A stretch of DNA of 49,791 nucleotides from Calditrichota bacterium (lineage in GTDB: Bacteria; Electryoneota; AABM5-125-24; Hatepunaeales; Hatepunaeaceae), in contig VGIO01000003.1 of NCBI GenBank assembly GCA_016867855.1, forward strand, positions 1-49,791. Reading direction: 5' to 3'. Within the stretch, counting starts at the first letter, position 1, and the number at the start of each line of letters is the position of its first letter. Made by a program: the position numbers and the translations under genes. This document shows positions 1 to 10,777 of the stretch, piece by piece. The notes beneath the pieces were generated by a model. It searched no databases, was not told the origin of the DNA, and saw nothing but the letters and a program-made list of their open reading frames with translations.

Positions 1-1
1 A

Positions 2-319
2 GTTCCGACGCCAAGAAAACTCGAGCCTGAAGAACGGCGGCTGAATTGGCTCGTCCACGATTTTCAAGGCCTTTCCGACAACATTTATGAAGCCGTGATG
101 GTCGCAGCGCATCGCGCCCGTCAAATCGGCCGACGACAGAAACGCGAAATTGAAGACTTTAAATCGTCGCTGGCGAATGTCGAAGAGAGCCTCGACGATG
201 AGAATAATGCCAACCGGGGCATCGACCATTTCCAACACTCCAAACCGACCGTCCTGGCTTTGAAAGAGTTGCGCGAACGCAAGTATCGATATTATTATCC
301 GGAACATTTAAGAAAATGA
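2..319 (+). CDS. rpoZ: RNA polymerase omega subunit (5' partial)
   Basis: Frame is open from base 2 (VPTPRKLE...SDNIYEAVMVAAHRARQI...KPTVLAL). NIYEAV...RARQI and KPT..AL are typical of Bacteroidota-type RpoZ. Lies directly before coaBC. Confidence 0.85.
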   Translation, partial: VPTPRKLEPEERRLNWLVHDFQGLSDNIYEAVMVAAHRARQIGRRQKREIEDFKSSLANVEESLDDENNANRGIDHFQHSKPTVLALKELRERKYRYYYPEHLRK

Positions 320-371
320 ACGGACTTTCAAATACTGATGCTGATGTTGATTTTTTAATTGGGTCGGTTAA

Positions 372-1583
372 ATGATGAGCCTACTTACAGGCAGGCGCAT
401 TCTTTTGGGTGTAACGGGTGGGATCGCGGCTTATAAAGCGGTTTATTTAACGCGGGAAATTGTGCGCGCCGGTGGCGAAGTCCGCGTCTTAATGTCCGCG
501 GCGGCTAAGAAGTTCGTTGCTCCGTTGACCTTTTCGACGCTGACCGGGCATCCGGTTCTGGATGAAATGTTCCCTGACCCTGCGCCGGTCGACCCGGTGC
601 ATTTATTGCCGGGACAATGGGGCGATATTTTTGTCATCGCGCCGGCGACAGCCGATTTCATCGGAAAAGTCGCTAACGGACTTGCCAACGATATACCCTC
701 GGCCGCCGCGATGGCGTTTCGAGGTCCAATACTATTAGCCCCGGCGATGAATCCCCGGATGTGGAACAACTCGGCAGTGCAGGATAATGTCGCCCGGCTG
801 CGCTTAAGAGGCTTGCATTTCATCGGACCTGAGCGCGGTGATATGGGAGGCGTTCACGAGCAAGCCGGCATCGGTCGGATGAGCGAGCCGGCAGCGATCT
901 TCGACCGCATCGAAGAATTGCTCTATCCCGATAAATGTTGGATGAATCGCCGCGTTGTAGTAACTGCCGGCGCGACCTGCGAACCGTTTGACCCGGTGCG
1001 CTTCATCTCCAATCGTTCCAGCGGTAAAATGGGCGATGCCGTCGCCCGTCAAGCCAGATTGATGGGCGCCGAGGTTTTCCTGATTCGGACAAACTCGGCT
1101 ATTGGCGAGCCGCCGTCCGGCGTCGAAATTATAAAGGTCGATACTGCGGCTGAAATGGCCGATGCCGTAAAAGCCCTGTTTCCGACCGCTGACCTGCTGA
1201 TTATGGTGGCGGCTGTGGCGGATTGGCGGGCTAAAACTGCCAGCGCTGGTAAAATTAAAAAACATACCGGCATCCTCACTCTCGAATTAGAGCCTACCGA
1301 AGATATTTTACTTTGGGCAGGTAAAAATCGGCAAGAACAGGTAATCGTCGGCTTCGCGCTGGAAACCGACGACCATATCGTCAACGCCCGGCGCAAATTA
1401 GAAGATAAAAATGTCGATATAATCGCGCTAAACGACCCGACGAGCGCTGATTCTGTCTTCGGCGGCGATTCGATTAGACTGACCATCTTGAAAACTTATT
1501 GTGAGCCGCTCGAATTGCCGGCTATGTCCAAACGGGAAGCAGCAGCGAGACTATTAAGCGAGGCGTATGGGTATCTTAAATAA
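372..1583 (+). CDS. coaBC: Phosphopantothenoylcysteine decarboxylase/ligase
   Basis: GVTGGIAAYK, APATA, PAMN, VRFISNRSSGKMG, AAVAD and VGFALET motifs. Confidence 0.97.
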   Translation: MMSLLTGRRILLGVTGGIAAYKAVYLTREIVRAGGEVRVLMSAAAKKFVAPLTFSTLTGHPVLDEMFPDPAPVDPVHLLPGQWGDIFVIAPATADFIGKVANGLANDIPSAAAMAFRGPILLAPAMNPRMWNNSAVQDNVARLRLRGLHFIGPERGDMGGVHEQAGIGRMSEPAAIFDRIEELLYPDKCWMNRRVVVTAGATCEPFDPVRFISNRSSGKMGDAVARQARLMGAEVFLIRTNSAIGEPPSGVEIIKVDTAAEMADAVKALFPTADLLIMVAAVADWRAKTASAGKIKKHTGILTLELEPTEDILLWAGKNRQEQVIVGFALETDDHIVNARRKLEDKNVDIIALNDPTSADSVFGGDSIRLTILKTYCEPLELPAMSKREAAARLLSEAYGYLK

Positions 1584-1632
1584 ACCTGTGCAGCGAGCGG
1601 TTATTGCCGACAGCCGATATTCATAATGGACT

Positions 1633-1743
1633 GAGGTAATTGCAAAAGTGTTGGATTTATTAACTGATGGCAAGGCGGACGCCCTCGTCCGCCTTGCCAT
1701 GGTCCGAGTTTTCTGGATTAATCATCACTTTTGCAATTAGCTC
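1633..1743. mobile_element. MITE family A, internally deleted copy (111 bp)
   Basis: Ends GAGGTAATTGCAAAAGTG...CACTTTTGCAATTAGCTC, flanked by GACT on both sides. Lacks 40 bp of the central region found in other copies. Confidence 0.9.
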
Positions 1744-1772
1744 GACTGTATGGACTCAATGGACTTTCCCAT

Positions 1773-1816
<44 letters not shown>

Positions 1817-2512
1817 TTGACAGGTAGTCCTCGCCAAGACGCAATATCGTTTTTACAGCAACTCGCCGAATCCGAACCGGTCATCATACTTGAACCAGTC
1901 GCGCTGGATAAAAGGAAGCTTTTAGCCGAAATCGAGCGCACGGCGGCGGATTGTCGTAGATGCAATTTAGTCGACGGGCGGTTGAATGTCGTGTTCGGCG
2001 TGGGCAATCCGGCGGCACGTTTGATGTTCGTCGGCGAAGGTCCGGGCGCCGACGAAGACCGCCAGGGCGAGCCTTTCGTAGGCAAAGCCGGCCAGTTGCT
2101 CAATCGCATCATCGCCGCAATGGGTTATAAGCGCGAGGATGTCTATATCGCCAACATTGTCAAATGCCGTCCGCCGAGCAACCGCGAACCGTCGACTGTT
2201 GAGGCGGCTGCCTGTCTGCCTTATCTGCGCCGCCAAATCGAAATCATCGCCCCTCAGGTTTTGGTCGCGCTTGGCAAAACCGCCGCGGTCTATTTGCTGA
2301 ATTTAAATCCGTCCACCGCCGTCAAAGACTTACGCAATCGGATATTGGAATACAATGGGATGCCGCTCGTCGCAACTTACCACCCGGCCGCGTTGCTGCG
2401 CAATCCGGAGTATAAAGCCGGCGCCTGGGCCGATATGCAGGTCGCAATGAAACTGCTGAGCGGTGAGATTCAGTGGAAATCAAATAAAGAAGACATCTTA
2501 TCAAGTTCATAA
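1817..2512 (+). CDS. Uracil-DNA glycosylase, family 4 (Fe-S)
   Basis: Cxx[21 protein letters not shown] and YHPAALLR motifs. Start moved from 1667 to TTG 1817 because 1667-1816 is MITE plus microsatellite; the start is inferred. Confidence 0.9.
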   Translation: MTGSPRQDAISFLQQLAESEPVIILEPVALDKRKLLAEIERTAADCRRCNLVDGRLNVVFGVGNPAARLMFVGEGPGADEDRQGEPFVGKAGQLLNRIIAAMGYKREDVYIANIVKCRPPSNREPSTVEAAACLPYLRRQIEIIAPQVLVALGKTAAVYLLNLNPSTAVKDLRNRILEYNGMPLVATYHPAALLRNPEYKAGAWADMQVAMKLLSGEIQWKSNKEDILSSS

Positions 2513-2579
2513 TGCCGATGAAATCCAAGTTCCTGGCTGGCCGGAAATTCTCTATCGTCGGTTGAAATGGAATTGACCT

Positions 2580-4046
2580 ATGGCTGAAGACCAAACCGAA
2601 ACCCGCCGCGTCCGACGCAAAACAACCAAGCCTTCTAAAGACCTTATTGCTGGACGCGTTCCGCCGAATAGTCCCGAGATGGAGCGCGCCGTGCTGTGCG
2701 CCGCCCTAATCGATCCCAACGGGATGACGAAGGTCGTCGATGTTCTGACGGAGCGTAGTTTTTACGACCGCCGGCATCAAGTCATCTTCGCTGCGATGCT
2801 GCGCCTGTTCCAGCAGGCGGCGCCCATCGACATTCTAACTGTCAGTGAGGACCTGCGTCAGCGGAACGAATTGGAGGTGGTCGGCGGCGATGCTTATCTG
2901 GCGCAGTTGAGCGGCGAAGTCGCCACCTCGGCGCACGCTGAACATTATGCGCGCATCGTGCAAGACCGCTATGCGCTGCGCGAGTTAATCCATCAGTCGA
3001 CCAAGTTTGCCGAGGAAGCATTCGAGGTTCCCGATGCTGCGGAACTGCTCGATCGTGCAATGGGGATGTTGTATGATATATATTATCGCCGGCGCAGCGG
3101 CGGCTTTGAACCTCTACGGCAGGTCGTCAATCAGACCTGGGAGTTCTTGGACAGCCAGCACCGCAAGCGCGACCAAAAACTCACCGGCGTCGGCACCGGC
3201 TTCGAACGACTCGACGAGTTGACCAGTGGATTTCAGAATGGCGAGTTGATAGTCATTGCCGGCCGGCCTTCGATGGGCAAAACGGCTTTCAGCCTCGACC
3301 TGGCGCGCAACGCCTGTTGGCTGCATCAAGTCCCGGTCGCCTATTTCTCGCTGGAGATGGCCGCGATGGCGATATGCCTGCGGATGTTAGCGGCTGAAGC
3401 CCGCATCGAACATCACCGCATCCGCACGCCTTATCGATTGAATGAGTCGGAATGGCCATTAGTCGCGCAGACGGCCGGCAGGCTGGCTGAAATGCCATTT
3501 TTCATCGATGACACCGGCAATTTAGGTCTCAACGAGCTGCGCGCCCGCGCCAGAAGGCTCAAGCAGCAGCATAACATCGGCATCATTTTCATCGACTACC
3601 TGCAATTGATGCAGCCGCCTAAAGCCGACAACCGCGAGCAGGAAGTCGCGCAAATTTCGCGTTCACTGAAGGGTTTGGCGCGCGAATTGAATATACCGGT
3701 CGTTACGATGTCCCAGTTGTCGCGCGCTGTCGAACATCGCGGCGGCGATAAAATCCCCCAACTCGCCGACCTGCGCGACTCCGGCGCCATCGAGCAGGAC
3801 GCTGATGTCGTGATGTTCATCCACCGCAAGAAACAATATAAGAGCGGTCTGGAAGAGGAAGACGACGGCGAAGCGGTCGATAACACCGCCCATATCATCA
3901 TACGCAAGCAGCGCAACGGTCCGACTGGCGCCGTCGAATTGATCTTCAACGATGTCTATACCCGCTTCGAAGAGAAAGAGAGCGCCGACTATGTCCCGGT
4001 TCATTACGCCAAATCCGGCGCAGCCGAAGAACCCGCGCCGTTCTAA
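2580..4046 (+). CDS. dnaB: Replicative DNA helicase
   Basis: GRPSMGKT, FSLEM, IDYLQL, SQLSR, DLRDSGAIEQDAD and KQRNGPTG motifs. Confidence 0.98.
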   Translation: MAEDQTETRRVRRKTTKPSKDLIAGRVPPNSPEMERAVLCAALIDPNGMTKVVDVLTERSFYDRRHQVIFAAMLRLFQQAAPIDILTVSEDLRQRNELEVVGGDAYLAQLSGEVATSAHAEHYARIVQDRYALRELIHQSTKFAEEAFEVPDAAELLDRAMGMLYDIYYRRRSGGFEPLRQVVNQTWEFLDSQHRKRDQKLTGVGTGFERLDELTSGFQNGELIVIAGRPSMGKTAFSLDLARNACWLHQVPVAYFSLEMAAMAICLRMLAAEARIEHHRIRTPYRLNESEWPLVAQTAGRLAEMPFFIDDTGNLGLNELRARARRLKQQHNIGIIFIDYLQLMQPPKADNREQEVAQISRSLKGLARELNIPVVTMSQLSRAVEHRGGDKIPQLADLRDSGAIEQDADVVMFIHRKKQYKSGLEEEDDGEAVDNTAHIIIRKQRNGPTGAVELIFNDVYTRFEEKESADYVPVHYAKSGAAEEPAPF

Positions 4047-4196
4047 TGAAGTTGCAAATTGACAAATTGCAAGATATAAGTTGACAAATTGAAAGCTGAA
4101 AGAAGATTAAATCCATATTGTCTATTTCGTCTAAATTGCCCATAAAATCGAACAACAGTCATTTAAGTTATTTTCAAACTATTTCGCTAAATCACA

Positions 4197-6374
4197 TTGC
4201 CTCGCTCGACGGCTGCACGACAATTCACGGCGGAAAAGAACCGACTCCTTAATAAACTAAAAAGTTATCACCGCCGCTGGAATCCGGACCTCATTACGCG
4301 CGCGTTCGACTTCGCAGCGCACATTCACCGCGAGCAAAAAAGGCAATCCGGCGAGCCTTATTTTATGCATCCGCTGGCTGTGGCTAACATTCTGGTCGAA
4401 CTGAAATCGGACTATATCGCCGTCGCCGCCGGTCTGTTGCACGATGTCGTCGAAGATTCGAGCGTTACCATCGACGACTTGCAGGAACAGTATGGTTCCC
4501 AAGTCGCATTGTTAGTCGATGGCGTCACAAAAATCGGTGAGCTGCGGTTTCGCTCTTGGGAAGAGCAGCAAGCCGAGTCGATTCGCAAGATGCTGTTGTC
4601 GATGCTGAAGGACATTCGCGTCATTCTGATAAAGTTCGCCGACCGTCTGCACAATATGCGCACAATACAGGCGCTGCCGGAGGCTTCCCAGCGCCGCATC
4701 GCGCTCGAGACGCGCGATGTTTACGCTCCGCTGGCGCACCGTTTGGGCATCGCCCGCATCGCCCGCGAGATGGAAGACCTGGCTTTACAAGCGCTTGACC
4801 AAGTGGCTTATGCAGAAATTTCCAACCGGATTGCCGTGTCGAAAGAAGACCGGCAGAATATCATCGACGAGTTCATCCGGCCGGTGCGCCGGGAACTTAA
4901 ACGCATTGGTATCCCGACTGAAATCGACGGTCGAATTAAGTCTGTCGCCAGTATTTATAATAAAATCAAATGCCAAGGCCGCCAGTTCGACGAGATCCTC
5001 GACCTGCTCGCCATCCGCATCATCGTGCAGGAAAAAGAGGAATGCTATCGGGCGTTGGGCGTCGTTCATGAATTGTTCACGCCGGTTACCGAGCATTTCA
5101 CCGATTACATCGCCCTACCCAAATCCAACCTCTACCAATCGCTGCATACCAAGGTGCGCGACAACCAAAATCGCATCGTAGAGGTGCAGATTCGCACTGA
5201 AGAGATGCACTCTATCGCCGAAAACGGCATTGCTTCCCACTGGCGCTACAAAGCAGGCGAGACCAAGCCGGATGAACTGGACGAGCATTTCACCTGGATA
5301 AGGTCGCTGATGGAGGCACAGCAAGAGGCGGCAGCAACCGGCGAATTTATGGAATCCCTAAAAATCGACTTGTTTCAGGATGAGATTTTCGTTTGGACTC
5401 CCAAAGGTCAATTAACTCAATTGCCGCGCGGCGCTACGCCCATCGATTTTGCCTTCGCTATTCACAGCGATATTGGGCTGCACGCCATCGGCGCCAAAGT
5501 CAACGGCAAAATCGTGTCGCTGAGCCACCTGCTGGAATCCGGCGATGCTCTGGAAATCCTGACTTCGCCGCGCGCCCGGCCTAACGCTGAATGGTTGAAA
5601 TTTGTGCGCACTTCGCGCGCCCGCAACCGCATTAAACGTTGGTTTCACGACACACGCTACGACGAGTCCATCCGCTTGGGCGAAGAACTAATTTCAGGCG
5701 AATTAGTTCGGCTCAGGCTGCCCTCGGACAATGGCGGAATCGATGAAATCGCCCTTTCGTTCGGATATAAAGAGAAGACCGACTTCTATTCAGCCGTCGG
5801 TTCAGGACAAATAACCCTCGGACAGGTGATGCGCAAACTCGTGCCGCGTGTAGCCCAAGGCAAAGAGGGTCTAATCAGCCGCATCATCCAGCGCGTCGAC
5901 GGCGAACGCGGACTTAGAATCGGCGACCTGGATAATTTAGTCGTGAAAATCTCCGGCTGCTGCAGTCCTCTGCCCGGCGACCCGATAATCGGTTTCCAGA
6001 TCCCCGGCCAAGGCGTGCGCATTCACCGCACCGATTGCAGTCTGATTGCCGGCTTGCTGGAAGATGAGCGCAAAATCATCAATGTGGCTTGGGATGTCGA
6101 AAAAGACGATCGCTTCAAAACTAAAATAAGAATTGTCGCTGACGACCGTCCTAATCTGCTGCGCGACATCACGCAAGCCATCGGCGCTCTGAAGGTCAAT
6201 ATCGTGCGGGTCGAGTTTCATATCGAAGATAATCTGACTATCGGCACGATGGAAGTCGAAGTCGCCAATCTTCCACACTTGACGAAATTGATTGGACGCA
6301 TCAATAACATCCGGGCGATATTGCGGGTGGAAAGAATGGATGTCGCGGTTAATTCAGAAATGGTTAAAGTATAA
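4197..6374 (+). CDS. relA: Bifunctional (p)ppGpp synthetase/hydrolase (RelA/SpoT)
   Basis: HD domain (LLHDVVED), KFADRLHN, YQSLHT, EVQIRT, TGS (TPIDFAF) and a C-terminal ACT domain. TTG start. Confidence 0.96.
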   Translation: MPRSTAARQFTAEKNRLLNKLKSYHRRWNPDLITRAFDFAAHIHREQKRQSGEPYFMHPLAVANILVELKSDYIAVAAGLLHDVVEDSSVTIDDLQEQYGSQVALLVDGVTKIGELRFRSWEEQQAESIRKMLLSMLKDIRVILIKFADRLHNMRTIQALPEASQRRIALETRDVYAPLAHRLGIARIAREMEDLALQALDQVAYAEISNRIAVSKEDRQNIIDEFIRPVRRELKRIGIPTEIDGRIKSVASIYNKIKCQGRQFDEILDLLAIRIIVQEKEECYRALGVVHELFTPVTEHFTDYIALPKSNLYQSLHTKVRDNQNRIVEVQIRTEEMHSIAENGIASHWRYKAGETKPDELDEHFTWIRSLMEAQQEAAATGEFMESLKIDLFQDEIFVWTPKGQLTQLPRGATPIDFAFAIHSDIGLHAIGAKVNGKIVSLSHLLESGDALEILTSPRARPNAEWLKFVRTSRARNRIKRWFHDTRYDESIRLGEELISGELVRLRLPSDNGGIDEIALSFGYKEKTDFYSAVGSGQITLGQVMRKLVPRVAQGKEGLISRIIQRVDGERGLRIGDLDNLVVKISGCCSPLPGDPIIGFQIPGQGVRIHRTDCSLIAGLLEDERKIINVAWDVEKDDRFKTKIRIVADDRPNLLRDITQAIGALKVNIVRVEFHIEDNLTIGTMEVEVANLPHLTKLIGRINNIRAILRVERMDVAVNSEMVKV

Positions 6375-6418
6375 TGATTAATGCTGATGCTGATGTTTAT
6401 GCTGATGCTGATGCAGAT

Positions 6419-6856
6419 GTGAAGTTTGATGGGGCTATTTTGGCGGTGGATTATGGTTTGAGGCGCTGCGGATTGGCGGTATGCGACACCGAGCGGCGGC
6501 TGGCGGTCGGCATTGGCGTGTTGACAGGCTTAGCCGGCCGGGCTTTGACCAGGGCGGTAAAGCGCGAGGCAGAACTGCGTCGGATTAATGAAATTGTCGT
6601 CGGACTTCCTTGTGCGAGCGGTGCCAGCGGCTGCGCAGCCGCCGCTGGCGCAGAACGCCTTAGCCAAGCCTTGGGAAAAAGCGGAATGATTGTGCATCGC
6701 TGGAATGAAGCCTATAGCACAGCCGAAGCGCTGTCCGCAAAACGCCATTACGGCAATAGCCATAATAAACCGCGCGGCTGGGAAGATGAGGCTGCTGCGG
6801 TGTTAATATTGCAAAACTATTTGGACTGGCTGAAGAATAAACAGGAAAAGTCGTGA
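6419..6856 (+). CDS. ruvX: YqgF/RuvX family nuclease
   Basis: ILAVDYGLRRCGLA, VVGLP, WNEAYST and DEAAAVLILQNYL motifs. Start is either ATG 6374 (adding an AD repeat from GCTGAT units) or GTG 6419. Confidence 0.85.
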   Translation: MKFDGAILAVDYGLRRCGLAVCDTERRLAVGIGVLTGLAGRALTRAVKREAELRRINEIVVGLPCASGASGCAAAAGAERLSQALGKSGMIVHRWNEAYSTAEALSAKRHYGNSHNKPRGWEDEAAAVLILQNYLDWLKNKQEKS

Positions 6857-7908
6857 GTAAAAAGAATATATCCGAGGATACTCCGCGTCAAGCCGAGAGT
6901 TCAAAATCGAACTTCAAGAAGGTAATCCGGTTTGGCGTAGTCGGCGCCGGAGGTATTTCACAGGTCGCGCATTTACCCAACTTACGGCAGGAGACTGGCG
7001 TCGAATTAGTAGCCCTGTGCGACAGCGACCCGCAGCGCGCCGCTTTAGTCGCCGAGCGGTTCAATGTGCCGGTCTGGTTCGACGAGCCGGACGCGATGTT
7101 CCGCCATACCAAACTCGACGCGGTCATCATCGCTGCGCCGACCATAACGCATCCGGCGCTCTGCCGCCTGGCGCTGGAAAGCGGCGTCGATGTGATGCTG
7201 GAGAAGCCCTTCGCCCGCACACCGGAAGAAGCCCGTTCCATCGTCGATTCGGTCGTCCGCACCGGTAAGAAGTTGATGGTGGCGATGAACCACCGCTTCA
7301 GACCGGATACCTTGCATTTGCAGCGCCTCATCCAAAAGGGCGAACTGGGCGAAATCACAATGGTGCGCGCCGGTTGGCTCAAACGTCTGGGCGTCTGGGG
7401 AAGGCCATATTGGTTCACAGATCCGAAACTTTCCGGCGGCGGTGTATTGTTTGATTTAGCGGTGCAGATGATAGATTTGGCGTTGTTTCTGCTGGGTTTT
7501 CCGGCGGCGTTGGAAGTCGCCGCCGGCATATCCAGCAAGACGCTGGAATTGGAGGTCGAAGACTCAGCGGCTATCTTTATACGATTGGCGGATGATATTC
7601 CCTTTCTATTGGAAGTCGCCTGGGCGAACTGCGACGACCACGACAAAGCCTATACCTGGATATCCGGCACGCACGGCGTCGCGACGCTCAATCCGCTGCG
7701 CATCACACGTCGGCAAGCCGACCAAACGATGAAGGTTAAACTGCCGTCTTTTGGCGACGAAGTCAAATTATACCAAAATTCGTTCCGCGCTGAGTTGGCT
7801 TATTTTATCGATTGCGTCCGCAAACAGGAGCAGCCGTTATCCACTGCGGCTGAAGCATTGCAGGTAACCGAATTGATAGCCAGTTTATCCAAAGCCGGCG
7901 GACGGTGA
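6853..7908 (+). CDS. Gfo/Idh/MocA family oxidoreductase
   Basis: GVVGAGGI Rossmann motif, EKP and GGGVLFD. Confidence 0.92.
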   Translation: MSKKNISEDTPRQAESSKSNFKKVIRFGVVGAGGISQVAHLPNLRQETGVELVALCDSDPQRAALVAERFNVPVWFDEPDAMFRHTKLDAVIIAAPTITHPALCRLALESGVDVMLEKPFARTPEEARSIVDSVVRTGKKLMVAMNHRFRPDTLHLQRLIQKGELGEITMVRAGWLKRLGVWGRPYWFTDPKLSGGGVLFDLAVQMIDLALFLLGFPAALEVAAGISSKTLELEVEDSAAIFIRLADDIPFLLEVAWANCDDHDKAYTWISGTHGVATLNPLRITRRQADQTMKVKLPSFGDEVKLYQNSFRAELAYFIDCVRKQEQPLSTAAEALQVTELIASLSKAGGR

Positions 7909-9425
7909 AACTATTTCCGCCTCAACCGCGTCTCATTGCAGCCACAGCCGGCGCCGCGCTGGCTCTCGCCGCGCCGCCGTTGAACTTATATTTTTTAGCG
8001 TGGATTGGGCTTCTGCCGTTGATGTATTCGATATCACGAAATCCACGCGGCGCTTTCGGACAGGGCTTTGCCGCCGGTTTTATTTTCAATGTCGGCGTTC
8101 TTTATTGGCTGGCTTTGAACGATGGAACGCATTGGGCGGTGGCGACGCTGTCGATGTTAATTACGGTTTTTATTTTAGCCGCGGCTTGGGGAACAGCCGC
8201 GTGGATATTTGGCTGGCTGTTCAGGCGCTTAGGCGCGGCGGCGTTTTTAGCGCTGCCGTTTTCCTGGACGGCGTGGGAAGGTTGGTTAGGTCATCTTGGT
8301 GAAATCAGTTTCCCCTGGCCGCTGCTTGCATTGACGCAGGACGGTTTCGCGCCGATTTTACAAATAATGGAATTCACCGGTGTCTGGGGAGTTTCGTTCT
8401 GGGTCGCCGCGCTCAATACGGCGATTTTCTTTATCTGGCGAAATGAAACGCGAACTCAGCGCTGGTTCGGATTTGCCGGATTAGGTCTGTTGAGCCTAAT
8501 CCCCTTCATAGCCCAATGGCATGCCTATTCGCATTACGATATAAAATCTCCAACCGCCTGCATTATGGTCGTGCAGGGCAATATTAAGGCGGAAGATAAA
8601 TGGATTAAGGGCGGCGATTATAGTTATGTTATATATGATTCGCTGACACGTTTAGGCGCTGAGTCGGGCGTTGATTTGGCGGTCTGGCCTGAAACGGCAA
8701 TTCCAGAAAATCTAATGTATCACGTTTTCACGCAGGAGCGCGTCGGTCGGTTGGCTGACGAGACCGGCGCGGCGATTATCACCGGCGCGTCAGATTATAT
8801 ACGTCTGGAGAGCCGTTCCCGTCCTCTCAATGCGGCGTTTCTAATACTGCCGCGCCAAGGTATCGTTGACCGTTGCGCTAAGCGGCAGTTAGTCCCGATG
8901 GGCGAGCGCGTGCCTTTTCAATGGCTCATCCCGTCGCTGGGCAATCTGAACTTTGGACAGGCGGAGTTTATGTCCGGCCCGCAACCGGTTGTCTTCAAAG
9001 TCCCATTAGGCCGCGACACCCTGCGGTTTCCAACGCTGATATGCTACGAATCGGCATTTCCCAATTTGACGCGGGATTTTGTCCAGTGCGGCGCTAATTT
9101 TCTGACCGCTATTTCCAACGACGCCTGGTATGGCAGGAGTTCCGAGCCGGCGCAGATAACGGCGCTCAGTCGCTTCCGTTCTATTGAAACGCGGCGGGCG
9201 ATGGCACGGGCTTCCAATACAGGCTACTCCTTCCTCTGCGACCAATTGGGGCAGATAGTTGCACGCACGAAACTTTTCGAGGCGGCTTGGACGGCCGCGA
9301 TACTGCCGCTATGTTCCGAAACCACCTTCTATGTTCGCTTCGGCGACTGGCTACTCGTCCTAGCTTTTATCGGCTATATCGGATTTCTTTGCTGGGGCTT
9401 TTTCAAATGTCGAAAGAATGTTTAA
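7905..9425 (+). CDS. lnt: Apolipoprotein N-acyltransferase
   Basis: Multi-TM N-terminus, VQGNI, WPETA, K..LVPMGE, ICYE, SNDAWY and NTGYS. Confidence 0.96.
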   Translation: MKLFPPQPRLIAATAGAALALAAPPLNLYFLAWIGLLPLMYSISRNPRGAFGQGFAAGFIFNVGVLYWLALNDGTHWAVATLSMLITVFILAAAWGTAAWIFGWLFRRLGAAAFLALPFSWTAWEGWLGHLGEISFPWPLLALTQDGFAPILQIMEFTGVWGVSFWVAALNTAIFFIWRNETRTQRWFGFAGLGLLSLIPFIAQWHAYSHYDIKSPTACIMVVQGNIKAEDKWIKGGDYSYVIYDSLTRLGAESGVDLAVWPETAIPENLMYHVFTQERVGRLADETGAAIITGASDYIRLESRSRPLNAAFLILPRQGIVDRCAKRQLVPMGERVPFQWLIPSLGNLNFGQAEFMSGPQPVVFKVPLGRDTLRFPTLICYESAFPNLTRDFVQCGANFLTAISNDAWYGRSSEPAQITALSRFRSIETRRAMARASNTGYSFLCDQLGQIVARTKLFEAAWTAAILPLCSETTFYVRFGDWLLVLAFIGYIGFLCWGFFKCRKNV

Positions 9426-10033
9426 TGAGTGACCGCAATATTTCAACCTCATTATTATTAGCAGTATTAGTCATTAGTCATCTTATTCTGCCTAATATTA
9501 TTGAAGCAATATCTCTCTTACCGTATGCTGATGGGATTCTGGGAGAGTGTTTGACGGCCGGTAATTATGATGAGTTGCAGCAGATTGGTGGACACAGCGG
9601 ACAATTTGGACAATATGCGCGCGACGACTTGTCGACAGTCTTTCTTAATCGGACTGCAAGGAAGCCAAGTTCTTCATTTGCACTTAACTGTTGCCAATAT
9701 CATTGGAACTATAACATATTAATGGGGTCAGAATATAGCGTCTCCTCTCCCTCCGTTTGCGGGGGGATGAAAGGGGGGTGTAATGACTATTTGATAACCT
9801 CCCCCCTTACTCTCCCCCGCAAACGGGGGGGAAAAGACAATTACACAGCAAACTATATTCCACCCTCATCAATATATGGAATTAATGGAGCATTAACAGC
9901 CGCGCCGCCAGATTCGGCTAAATCTTTTATTAGTCATCAATCAAATATCGCCAGTCAATACCTAGTTCCGGCTGCTATAACCATCGGCGCCGGATTAATC
10001 GTCTATTTAATTTACGCAACGCGAGGTCGTTAG
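9425..10033 (+). CDS. Hypothetical exported protein with C-terminal membrane anchor
   Basis: ATG overlaps the lnt stop (TAATG). Hydrophobic N-terminus and a C-terminal TM followed by RGR. Contains an internal palindromic repeat. The ORF-track start at 9287 lies inside lnt. Confidence 0.6.
   Translation: MSDRNISTSLLLAVLVISHLILPNIIEAISLLPYADGILGECLTAGNYDELQQIGGHSGQFGQYARDDLSTVFLNRTARKPSSSFALNCCQYHWNYNILMGSEYSVSSPSVCGGMKGGCNDYLITSPLTLPRKRGGKDNYTANYIPPSSIYGINGALTAAPPDSAKSFISHQSNIASQYLVPAAITIGAGLIVYLIYATRGR
9745..9836. repeat. Inverted pair of CCCCCGCAA(A/G)CGGGGGG palindromes inside a CDS
   Basis: Arms 9745-9779 and 9797-9836 are imperfect reverse complements. Same motif as the family B cargo. 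Confidence 0.8.
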
Positions 10034-10776
10034 TGCGTAGAGTTTTGTTTTTAAAATTAATCGTCGGTCTAATCATAATCGGCTGCGCCTCGTCGCCGGA
10101 ACTGACCAAGATGGAGCCGGACGCTGCCTACCGCTATCTGGAGAGTCAGTTCAACAAGGGAAAATATCAAGCCGCTGTCGATGGGCTGAACTTTTTCACG
10201 CTCAATTATTCGGGGTCGGCATTAGTTGACTCGGCGCAGTTTATGTTAGCACAGGCGCATCTCAACTTGAAGGAATACTTACTGGCTGCGGAGGCTTTTT
10301 TGGAATTGACCCAGCGTTTCCCGCGCAGCCCGCTTGTGTCGGAGGCGATGTTCTTTCAAGGCCATTGCTACTACAAACTATCGCCGCGCTACGACCTCGA
10401 CCAGGAATACACTAACCGCGCTATCGAAGCGCTGCAGACATTCATCGACTTCTATCCCGATTATCGCGTTCGCACGACCGAAGCGGAACGCTTGATAGCC
10501 CTCTGCCGCGACAAATTGGCGCAGAAGGATTATATGGCTGGGATGATTTATTTTAAAATGAAGAATTTCATGTCGGCAGCGATATATTTTCAAAGCGTCA
10601 TCGACAAATATTACGATTTGGAATGGTCAGCCAAAGCCGCCTTTTATTTAGGGCAGACCTTAGCCGCCGACGAACGGGGGGAGGACGCCAAAATCGTCTA
10701 TCGTCAATTTCTCGTGAAATATCCCGACCATCCTTGGCGTGCGAAAGTTGAAATAGCATTAAAGAAGTTACCATAG
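10033..10776 (+). CDS. bamD: Outer membrane protein assembly factor BamD
   Basis: Lipobox IIGC, TPR repeats, DQEYT..AI...FI..YP and KLA.KDY..G..Y. Confidence 0.9.
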   Translation: MRRVLFLKLIVGLIIIGCASSPELTKMEPDAAYRYLESQFNKGKYQAAVDGLNFFTLNYSGSALVDSAQFMLAQAHLNLKEYLLAAEAFLELTQRFPRSPLVSEAMFFQGHCYYKLSPRYDLDQEYTNRAIEALQTFIDFYPDYRVRTTEAERLIALCRDKLAQKDYMAGMIYFKMKNFMSAAIYFQSVIDKYYDLEWSAKAAFYLGQTLAADERGEDAKIVYRQFLVKYPDHPWRAKVEIALKKLP

Positions 10777-10777
10777 T

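Noticed and set aside
2580-4046. Intein in DnaB
   Set aside because: Normal length, contiguous motifs and no splice signatures.
6888-7646. Long antisense and alternate-frame ORFs throughout the window
   Set aside because: Shadows of well-supported GC-rich genes with no recognisable motifs.
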